Part shown: positions 57,075 to 64,000 of the stretch, piece by piece
Numbering within the stretch: the first letter of the stretch is position 1
Layout of the letters: each line of letters starts with the position of its first letter
Assembly (NCBI GenBank): GCA_041746105.1
Contig: JBGTHP010000025.1
Span: 154,682-218,681 of the forward strand
Source of the DNA: Acidimicrobiia bacterium
GTDB lineage: Bacteria; Actinomycetota; Acidimicrobiia; Spongiisociales; ZC4RG35
Length of the DNA: 64,000 bases
Reading direction: 5' to 3'
The notes under the pieces: generated by a model
The model's input: only the letters and a program-made list of their open reading frames with translations
Databases searched by the model: none
Told to the model about the DNA's origin: nothing
Position numbers and translations under genes: made by a program

Positions 57075-57790
57075 CAGGTCGCTGCGAATGCGGCGCCAAG
57101 AGCGAGATCGACGGCGTCGGCCCAAACGGTGTGACCGGCGGCAGTCGGGTGGAAACGATCAACGGAGAATATTTCCGGGTCCTGGAAACTGTTGCGAAAC
57201 GCCCAATGGTCGGCCTTGAGAATCCCTTCGGCCGCCGATATGTCGGTGGCAACACGATCAATGCGGGCGGCCCGGGCGGTCATCAGGCGGCTGAGCGGCT
57301 GACGGAGCCGAGGGATCGTTCCGAGGTCGCCAACTCCCATCAACATGGTGCAGCGCGAATGGTGGCGAACCGCTCTCACGATCTCCTCGAGGTTCGCGCG
57401 AAAACGGTTGGTTGAAATCCCTCTCAACGCGTCGTTGCTCCCGACGGCGATGAACGCCAAGTCGAACTGGCCAGAAATGTGAGGGATCTGATCTCTGAGC
57501 AATGACGATGAGGTCGCCCCACCTTTGGCCAACGAAACGATGTCGATCGTTTGTCCCTGCCTCCGAGCGAGCTGGGTGATCCAGATGTCCTCGGCCGTGT
57601 CGAGTCCGGGACCGGTAGTTGTCGAGTCTCCGAGCGCAAGCCAACGCCGATCAGGAGGACCCGCGCCCACTCTTCCTGAAGCGTCGAATTCGGGCAGTTC
57701 CGGAACTGGTTCGAGAATTGCGAGCAGCATCTCTGCTGCCAACAAACCCGTCCCGGCCAGCGCCGCCGATCGAATCAGTGAACCTGCCAT
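57074..57790 (-). CDS. SGNH/GDSL hydrolase
   Basis: LALGDSTTTG block I and IAVGSNDALRG block III. Start at internal M (MAGSLIRSAALAG). Confidence 0.7.
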   Translation of the reverse strand: MAGSLIRSAALAGTGLLAAEMLLAILEPVPELPEFDASGRVGAGPPDRRWLALGDSTTTGPGLDTAEDIWITQLARRQGQTIDIVSLAKGGATSSSLLRDQIPHISGQFDLAFIAVGSNDALRGISTNRFRANLEEIVRAVRHHSRCTMLMGVGDLGTIPRLRQPLSRLMTARAARIDRVATDISAAEGILKADHWAFRNSFQDPEIFSVDRFHPTAAGHTVWADAVDLALGAAFAAT

Positions 57791-57836
57791 TGCCACGTGA
57801 CAATTTTTGTACCTCGGAGACCCATCGGCAAGTGAA

Positions 57837-57862
57837 ATGGGGGGCCGCCGATCGGCGGCCCC
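57837..57862 (-). terminator. GC-rich perfect hairpin (GGGGGGCCGCCGATCGGCGGCCCCCC) downstream of the secreted repeat-protein gene
   Basis: 11-bp G/C stem with 4-nt loop located 18 nt after the stop of the minus-strand gene. No clean U-tract. Confidence 0.45.
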
Positions 57863-57879
57863 CCATTCGCCCCACGATT

Positions 57880-58956
57880 TCAGTGGATTTCTGCACCCAC
57901 TTTTGTGAACGTGAAGACCTTGCGATGTCCCTCGCTGGTCTCGAGGATGACCTCGAACGTCTTCCCGACCGGTGCGGTGTCGAATACCACTTTGAGGTCC
58001 CATCCCCCCCCGTCACCGATTTCCGTCCGTCCCGATCCGTAATCGGAGAAGATTTCGATCACCGTTCCTGGTTTGCCCTCTCCGTAGAAGACGTCATACG
58101 GCGGGTCCTCCGAGCATGACCCGTATTTCTGGGCTGCCCAGAACTCGTGGACCGCCTCAACCCGAGTGAAGTTGAAGGTCTTGGAGTGTCCGGCGGCGTC
58201 GGAGATCGTGACCGGGAACGTGACGCCGACAGGCGCCTCGAACCAGATCTTCATGTCCCATTCGCCGCCGTCTGAGGCTTCGGTGGAAGCACTCCCGTAC
58301 TTCGAGGTGCCGGTGATCTTGGTCCCGGGTGATCCCGTGCCCCAGAACTTGTCGTAAGAATCGGCGTTCTCGCCATACTTCTGGTTGGCGCTGAACTCGA
58401 CCACCTTCGGCGCCGACACTTCGTAGACGACGGTGACCGACGCACTCGACACGTTGCCTGCGGCATCGTGGGCCTTGAAGGTCACCGTTGTTTTGCCTTG
58501 GTTCACGTTCAACGTGATCTTCCAATGGCCGTCGGCACCGACCTCGGCCTTGTGTTCTCCGGCCGTCACCTTGGCTCCGGGCTCGGTCTCCCCGGAGAAG
58601 GCCACTGTCTTCTCCGCGACAACGGTTCCATTGGCCGGTTTCAGGATGACCAACTCGGGCGGGGTGGTGTCTTTGACCGAAATCTCGGGATCGACCTTTT
58701 TTGCCACGTCGGTCTTGGTCTCTTTTTTGGCGCTCTCGACGGCAGCGCTCTTGTCCTCCGACTTTTTGGTGAACTCGTGGGACTCTGGGGCTGGTTGTAC
58801 GGCGACCTCTGCGGAAGCCGTCGGCTTCTCTAGCGGCGTGTCGCGGGGTGGGGGCGCCTCTGAGGCGCCTGGGAGGGGCGATCCGACCTGTGCCACTGCG
58901 ATCCCGGCGATGAGCACCGTGCAAAAGCCGACCACGAAGGAGGTCGTCTTCTTCAT
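57880..58956 (-). CDS. secreted protein with Ig-like domain and two tandem approximately 75-aa repeats
   Basis: Signal peptide MKKTTSFVVGFCTVLIAGIAVA. Internal repeat KYG...D..(F/Y)GxGxPGT.I......G...TE..DGG.WD.K..F...PVG.TF.V.....GH.K.F.FT.V. Big-like segment VTFKAHDAAGNVSSASVTVVYEV. Confidence 0.6.
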   Translation of the reverse strand: MKKTTSFVVGFCTVLIAGIAVAQVGSPLPGASEAPPPRDTPLEKPTASAEVAVQPAPESHEFTKKSEDKSAAVESAKKETKTDVAKKVDPEISVKDTTPPELVILKPANGTVVAEKTVAFSGETEPGAKVTAGEHKAEVGADGHWKITLNVNQGKTTVTFKAHDAAGNVSSASVTVVYEVSAPKVVEFSANQKYGENADSYDKFWGTGSPGTKITGTSKYGSASTEASDGGEWDMKIWFEAPVGVTFPVTISDAAGHSKTFNFTRVEAVHEFWAAQKYGSCSEDPPYDVFYGEGKPGTVIEIFSDYGSGRTEIGDGGGWDLKVVFDTAPVGKTFEVILETSEGHRKVFTFTKVGAEIH

Positions 58957-59057
58957 CTCATTTCCTTTCCCTGGCTGTGGCCCACCCACTTACCCTCTCA
59001 CTCGTCCCAGGAAGCAAATTGGTTTACTCGGACCCCCAATCTGCCGACAGAAATCAC

Positions 59058-60581
59058 ATGGCTCAGGCTTCTCGAGTTGAATTGACAGTTCCCATGACCA
59101 TCGCGAAGGTCGGTGGGAGCGCCCAACCGTCGCTGGCAGCGATCCGAAGGAACGCCGATCACCTGCTGTCGGGTGAACTTGCCGAGGAACAGAGGGCGGC
59201 GTTGGTCGAAATCGAGGGCGCGGTCATGCGTTTGCAGACCATGTTCAGCGACCTCGCCGACCTGGCGGCTCTCGAAGCCGGTTCTTTCCTGCCTACCGAA
59301 ACCGAATTCCACCTCGCCGATGCGATGAGAGAGGCGGTTCGAGTAATGCGCCCCCAGGCGATGGAGCGCGGCATCGATCTTTCGGCTGCGGGGCTCCGAA
59401 CGCTCCCCAAGATGGTCATCGGCGATCCCGGTCGGTTGCGTCAGGTACTCCAGCACCTTCTTTCGAATGCGATCGAGGCGACGGCGTCGGGAGTTGTGAG
59501 TCTTACCACCTCCACCATCGCCGACCGGGCCGACGGTGCCGCGGTTCGATTCGAGATCTGGGACACCGGATCCGGCATCGCCACCGATGACCTCGAGCGA
59601 ATATTCGATCCATTTGAAACTGCGTCGAACTTCCCAACATTTGGCGGACCCGGTCTGGGGCTGACGGTCGCCGACAGACTCGTACAGGCCATGGGCGGGA
59701 CGATCTCGGTCCAGAGCCGACCAGACACCGGTTCGGTGTTTTCGTTTGAACTGACGTTCCAAAAGCCCGAGCAGCCGAGCACTCGGATCGATCTGAAGCA
59801 GGGCCCTGCATGGATTGTCGTGATCTCGGATGCCGCCGGTCCCAGCCACCTCGCTCCGCTACTAGAACGTTTCGGGCACACCGTCACCGCTTTCGCCGCC
59901 CCCGAGACGGCGGCCGCTTCTCTCGGCCTCGACGAGAGCCTGCTTCCCGACCTGATCATCATTGCTCCCACCGGGCGACCGTTCGATATGGCTCGGCGTG
60001 TCGCGGAATCCCCGATGCTGGGGCGAGTACCCATGCTGATGGTGGCGCCGGACGGGATCAGGGGAGAAGCGGTCACATGCGAGGCGCTGGGCCTCGACGG
60101 ATACCTCGCTCAGCCGGTGTCTCCGGTCGATCTCATGGAGTCGGTCGATCTGCTGCGCAGCCGCAATCGTCGGGCGGGCTCGCTCGTGACACGCCATCTG
60201 CTGCGCGAGCGGCGTGGATCCCTCAAGATATTGGTGGTCGACGGATCCCCGACTCGCCGAGGAGCACTGTTGCGCAACCTCGAACCGCTCGGACATCGGG
60301 TGGAGGCGGTAACGAATGGTTCGCTTGGCCTGGCAGCGATAACCACAGGGGGCTACGACGCAGTGATCATCGATGACGAGATCGACGATCTCGACTGTTT
60401 GTCACTGGCGAGGGCCATCCGTCGCTGGCAGGTCGGAGTCGGACAGAAGATCCGACTGGTCGGAGTGGTTCCCCTCGGCCGTGCCGTAGATGAACGCCGC
60501 TATCGGGCGGCAGGTCTGGACGACGTGGTTCCAAGAAGCGCCGGTCTCGAGCACGTCCACTCTGCTCTGGTCGCCCGTTGA
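59058..60581 (+). CDS. hybrid sensor-kinase-like protein (HATPase_c plus two REC domains) with degenerate phospho-sites
   Basis: HATPase_c (EIWDTGSGI...GGPGLGLTVADRL). DHp-like region lacks the conserved His (VGGSAQPSLAAI in place of HELRTPL). REC1 lacks the acceptor Asp. REC2 retains VIIDDEID. Confidence 0.7.
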   Translation: MAQASRVELTVPMTIAKVGGSAQPSLAAIRRNADHLLSGELAEEQRAALVEIEGAVMRLQTMFSDLADLAALEAGSFLPTETEFHLADAMREAVRVMRPQAMERGIDLSAAGLRTLPKMVIGDPGRLRQVLQHLLSNAIEATASGVVSLTTSTIADRADGAAVRFEIWDTGSGIATDDLERIFDPFETASNFPTFGGPGLGLTVADRLVQAMGGTISVQSRPDTGSVFSFELTFQKPEQPSTRIDLKQGPAWIVVISDAAGPSHLAPLLERFGHTVTAFAAPETAAASLGLDESLLPDLIIIAPTGRPFDMARRVAESPMLGRVPMLMVAPDGIRGEAVTCEALGLDGYLAQPVSPVDLMESVDLLRSRNRRAGSLVTRHLLRERRGSLKILVVDGSPTRRGALLRNLEPLGHRVEAVTNGSLGLAAITTGGYDAVIIDDEIDDLDCLSLARAIRRWQVGVGQKIRLVGVVPLGRAVDERRYRAAGLDDVVPRSAGLEHVHSALVAR

Positions 60582-60775
60582 CGGTTGTCGACCCGGCCAC
60601 TGGACTGCAAGCCATCCTCAGAGCATTGGTTGTCAGGGCGCCGACCCATCGACGCTCACATGACGTGGGTGGCCGGCCGAGGATTTGGAGCAAAGGCCAT
60701 CTGGCAACATCGAGCGGAACTTGACCAGGGCGCTGAGCTACAGAGGGGCCGAATCGATGGCCGACCGAGTTCCCC

Positions 60776-61123
60776 CTACGGTTCCCGACTGGCGGCGGCC
60801 GCCCGTTCTTCTGCCCGTTCTGCAAGTGCGGCTTTCACACGATCACCGAGTCCGAACCGGGTCTTTGGTCTCAAATCGATCACAGCTCCGATTGCGTCGG
60901 AGAACCCGTTCGGATCGTCGGGATTGAAGGTGTGGAGGACTCCATCGAGGGTCATCTGGAAGCGGAACACGGTGAGGCGCTCGACTTTGAGATCCACCGC
61001 GGTCCACGCGCCATACCGTTTGTACTCGCTATAGATCCGGACCCACTCCTCGTCTATCTGGACCGTGACGACACTGGCGTGGCCCACCTCGTGAGAAAGC
61101 AGCCTGCCGCGATACAGTTGCAC
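60776..61123 (-). CDS. hypothetical protein
   Basis: ORF with protein-like composition. No motif recognised. Confidence 0.4.
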   Translation of the reverse strand: MQLYRGRLLSHEVGHASVVTVQIDEEWVRIYSEYKRYGAWTAVDLKVERLTVFRFQMTLDGVLHTFNPDDPNGFSDAIGAVIDLRPKTRFGLGDRVKAALAERAEERAAAASREP

Positions 61124-61277
61124 GTCCGTCCTCCTTGCCCAATCCGTCTCTGCCCTTGGGACAGGCTACTCGTCCGGGGCGTCTAGGTCCAGAGACCCAC
61201 GCTGGAGCGGCCTCCCGTGGTTTGCGCTTCTGGCAGCGGTGCCGGTCCGCTTGAATGGTTGGAACATGAGGAGACCG

Positions 61278-62069
61278 ATGGAATTCGAACACCTGACGTT
61301 CAGTGTTGACGATGGGGTTGCCGAGGTGACCATCAGTCGACCGGATGCAGCCAATGCCATGGACCGTCAGTTGATGTATGAGTTGATGCATGCCGCCATT
61401 CACTGTGATGAGGATGATGACGTCAGATCGGTCATCATCACCGGCGCAGGCGACCGGTTCTTTTCGGCGGGAGGTGACCTGGCGTCGTTTCGTGATGCCG
61501 AAGACGGTGCCGGGTCGCTTCTGAAGGAAATGACCACCTACTTTCACGCCGCCATTTCGCGATTTTCGCGTATGAATGCGCCGGTTGTGGCGGCAGTCAA
61601 CGGTGTTGCGGCGGGGGCCGGTCTGTCGCTGGTCGCAGCATGCGATTTGGCCATCGCGGCCGACAGTGCACGCTTCGTTTCTGCCTATACCGCTTCGGCG
61701 CTCACTCCTGACGGCAGCTCCACGTATTTCCTGCCGAGGCTGATCGGAGTGCGGCGCAGTATGGAATTGATGATCACCAACCGCCGCCTCAGTGCCACCG
61801 AGGCGCTCGAATGGGGCATCGTCAACGAGGTCGTTCCGGCAGCCGAACTCCTTCCCACTGCGCGGGCGCTCGCCGCCTCGCTGGCGACTGGAGCTACGGT
61901 GGCATTCGGCGCCGTGAAGGCCATGCTCCATCAATCACTCGGTGGGACGCTGGAATCCCAGATGGAGATGGAGGCCAGATCGATCGCGGCGATGAGCCAC
62001 ACCGTCGATGGCCGCGAAGGGATCAAAGCATTCTTCGACAAACGTCCACCAGTCTTCGAGGGCAGGTGA
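61278..62069 (+). CDS. enoyl-CoA hydratase/isomerase (crotonase family)
   Basis: VIITGAGDRFFSAGGDL oxyanion-hole motif. Confidence 0.85.
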   Translation: MEFEHLTFSVDDGVAEVTISRPDAANAMDRQLMYELMHAAIHCDEDDDVRSVIITGAGDRFFSAGGDLASFRDAEDGAGSLLKEMTTYFHAAISRFSRMNAPVVAAVNGVAAGAGLSLVAACDLAIAADSARFVSAYTASALTPDGSSTYFLPRLIGVRRSMELMITNRRLSATEALEWGIVNEVVPAAELLPTARALAASLATGATVAFGAVKAMLHQSLGGTLESQMEMEARSIAAMSHTVDGREGIKAFFDKRPPVFEGR

Positions 62070-62074
62070 CCTAG

Positions 62075-64000
62075 TTGTATCAGCCCATCAACAAGGTCCG
62101 TTTCGTCACTGCGACCACCCTCTTCGACGGTCACGATGCGTCCATCAACATCTTCCGGCGAATGCTCCAGGCGTCGGGAGCGGAAGTGATCCACCTCGGC
62201 CACAACCGCAGTGGCATCGACATGGTGGAGGCCGCCATCCAAGAGGACGCCCAAGCCATCGCGGTCACCTCGTATCAGGGCGGGCACATGGAGTTCTTCC
62301 GATACCTCCGTGACCTTCTGGTGGAAAGAGGGGCTCATCACATCAGGCTTTTTGGCGGGGGTGGTGGCACCATCCTTCCGTCCGAAGGTGCCGAGTTGAT
62401 GGACTACGGGATCACCCGCATCTACTCGCCGGACGACGGCCGCCAGCTGGGTTTGCAAGGAATGATCGACGACATGCTCGAACGATCCGATTTCCCAACC
62501 GGCGAACTCGATGCCGATTTCACCCTCCCGACGCCGGCCACACCGGCGGCAGCCCTGGCGAGACTGATCTCGGCGGCAGAAAATCATCCGGACAAGTATT
62601 CGGAGATCCTCGATCGGATCAGTCGCTCCGCGGCCGGCACCCACGTCCCGGTTCTCGGGGTGACCGGTACCGGCGGATCAGGCAAGTCTTCGTTGGTGGA
62701 CGAAATCGTCGCCAGGATGATCAACGACTTCGACGACCGCCGCGTCGCCATCATTTCGGTCGATCCGTCCAAGAGAAAGACCGGTGGCGCCCTTCTGGGC
62801 GATCGGATCCGTTTCAACTCCTTGCCGCACGAACGTTTGTTCATGAGGTCGCTGGCAACTCGCCAGTCGCACCTCGCATTGTCGCCGGCTGTCAGGGCGG
62901 CCGTTGAGATCGTCAAGCTCGGCGGTTTTGATCTCGTAATCCTCGAGACGTCCGGCATTGGTCAGTCCGACACGGAGATCATCGACCATTCGACTATCTC
63001 CATGTACGTGATGACCCCGGAGTATGGCGCCGCAAGCCAGCTGGAAAAGATCGACATGCTCGACTTTGCCGACCTGATCGCCATCAACAAGGCCGATAAA
63101 CAGGGAGCCGCGGACGCCGAACGAGAGGTAAAAAAGCAGATAAGGCGCAACCGTGGTCAGTTCGATGGTCCGGACGAGGAGCTCGGTGTCTTTCGGACGG
63201 TCGCATCGGATTTCAACGACCCCGGCACCAACCGTTTCTATCGAGCGGTGCTTGAGCGGCTCGATCAAGCGGGTCCGAGCTCATGGATGAGCAGGCACCG
63301 TATGTCGGAATCGGATGGAGACAAGCAACCGATTGTCCCGATTGATCGAAGGGACTATCTGGCCACCATCACCCGCCATACACGGGAATACCGGCGATGG
63401 CTCGACGAGCAGGTCGAAAACGCCGACATCCTGCAAGCCCTGCTCAAAACCGCCGAAGTCATCGATGATCAAGCTCCGCTCGTCTCCGCCATCGAGGCCG
63501 GTCGGAAACGGTTGACGGCGGAGAACCGTCAAATGATCGATAGATGGGACGACATGATCGCCCGTTACTCGGCCTCTCGCCTCGAATACACGGTTCGTGG
63601 CCAAACCGTCAGCGGCGATCTCCTTCATGAAACGCTGTCCCAGCTATCTATTCGAAAGGTGGCAATGCCGCGATATCGGAGTTGGGGTGACCGGCTGCGA
63701 TGGCTGCACCAAGAGAACGTTCCTGGTGAGTATCCGTTCACGGCGGGCATCTACCCACTCAAGCGGACCACAGAGGACCCGACTCGGATGTTCGCGGGCG
63801 AGGGCCCACCGGAGCAGACCAATCTCCGTTTCCACTACCTGGCCAAAGGTATGGAAGCCAAACGGCTTTCAACGGCGTTCGACTCTGTCACGTTGTACGG
63901 GGAGGATCCGAGCGAACGGCCCGACATATATGGGAAGGTCGGGAACTCCGGCGTATCGGTCGCAACTCTCGATGACGCCAAGAAGCTCTACTCGGGTTTT
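62075..64000 (+). CDS. icmF: fused isobutyryl-CoA mutase IcmF (B12-binding domain, MeaB-like GTPase, mutase domain), 3' truncated at window edge
   Basis: Self-translated frame, not in the supplied ORF list because there is no stop in the window. KVRFVTATTLFDGHDASINIFRRMLQASGAEVIHLGHNRS (B12 DxHxxG), GVTGTGGSGKSS P-loop, then GEYPFTAGIYPLKR...EDPTRMFAGEGPPEQTNLRFHYL mutase region. TTG start directly after an in-frame TAG. Confidence 0.85.
   Translation, partial: MYQPINKVRFVTATTLFDGHDASINIFRRMLQASGAEVIHLGHNRSGIDMVEAAIQEDAQAIAVTSYQGGHMEFFRYLRDLLVERGAHHIRLFGGGGGTILPSEGAELMDYGITRIYSPDDGRQLGLQGMIDDMLERSDFPTGELDADFTLPTPATPAAALARLISAAENHPDKYSEILDRISRSAAGTHVPVLGVTGTGGSGKSSLVDEIVARMINDFDDRRVAIISVDPSKRKTGGALLGDRIRFNSLPHERLFMRSLATRQSHLALSPAVRAAVEIVKLGGFDLVILETSGIGQSDTEIIDHSTISMYVMTPEYGAASQLEKIDMLDFADLIAINKADKQGAADAEREVKKQIRRNRGQFDGPDEELGVFRTVASDFNDPGTNRFYRAVLERLDQAGPSSWMSRHRMSESDGDKQPIVPIDRRDYLATITRHTREYRRWLDEQVENADILQALLKTAEVIDDQAPLVSAIEAGRKRLTAENRQMIDRWDDMIARYSASRLEYTVRGQTVSGDLLHETLSQLSIRKVAMPRYRSWGDRLRWLHQENVPGEYPFTAGIYPLKRTTEDPTRMFAGEGPPEQTNLRFHYLAKGMEAKRLSTAFDSVTLYGEDPSERPDIYGKVGNSGVSVATLDDAKKLYSGF

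Noticed and set aside
1-64000. Search for tRNA, rRNA, transposase, integrase or prophage genes as island boundaries.
   Set aside because: None were recognised by eye. The island is delimited only by functional content and strand switches (pnp upstream, ettA downstream). A covariance-model tRNA scan could still find something I missed.

Overview
High-GC (about 65-70%) bacterial chromosome segment. Gene content and order look like Actinobacteria (possibly Acidimicrobiia-like), but that is only an impression. No rRNA, tRNA, CRISPR, transposase or integrase was recognised.

Block 1 (1-13.7 kb, + strand) is a conserved translation/RNA-processing block: serC' (5' truncated), rimP-nusA-infB-DUF503-rbfA-nrnA-truB-ribF, a RidA-like protein, a membrane-anchored BNR-repeat protein, then rpsO, a terminator and pnp.

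Block 2 (about 14.3-43.8 kb) is an accessory-looking catabolic island, and this is the headline. Its centre is an 11-gene, tightly coupled + strand operon (20.7-30.1 kb): a glutamine-synthetase-like ligase, a BMC-P vertex protein (EutN/CcmL/PduN family), a single PduA-like BMC-H hexamer, an opine-dehydrogenase-like oxidoreductase, a CoA-acylating aldehyde dehydrogenase (EutE/PduP-like), a tandem-domain BMC-T, an LDH/MDH-family dehydrogenase carrying an approximately 95-aa N-terminal extension, a small coiled-coil protein, a C-N hydrolase (nitrilase/amidase superfamily), a Gfo/Idh/MocA oxidoreductase and a GlcG/DUF336 protein. This is a bacterial microcompartment (metabolosome) locus with a minimal shell and no PduL/Pta phosphotransacylase or Fe-alcohol dehydrogenase. 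The operon is flanked by a FAD amine-oxidase-like enzyme, a LigB-type extradiol dioxygenase, MarR, an acetoacetate-decarboxylase-like protein, two P450s, a FAH-family hydratase/decarboxylase, a class-I GATase, a three-gene split glutamate-synthase-like set (MgsABC-like), an APC permease, two RidA proteins, a GntR regulator, an NAD-aldehyde dehydrogenase and a mazEF-like toxin-antitoxin pair. A recurring palindromic motif tACTG-wATa-CAGwa occurs in four promoter regions of this island and is a candidate GntR operator.

Block 3 (43.7-64 kb) holds ettA, a approximately 70-bp tandem intergenic repeat, a HExxH metallopeptidase, an RNase H-SLOG fusion, an Fpg/Nei glycosylase, a cation-chloride-cotransporter-family transporter, a sigma70-like promoter with an embedded LexA (SOS) box driving imuA'-imuB, plsC, 5-formyl-THF cyclo-ligase, a degenerate hybrid histidine kinase, a crotonase and the 5' two-thirds of fused isobutyryl-CoA mutase IcmF (3' truncated by the window).

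All calls are made by eye from the translations. No database search was run.
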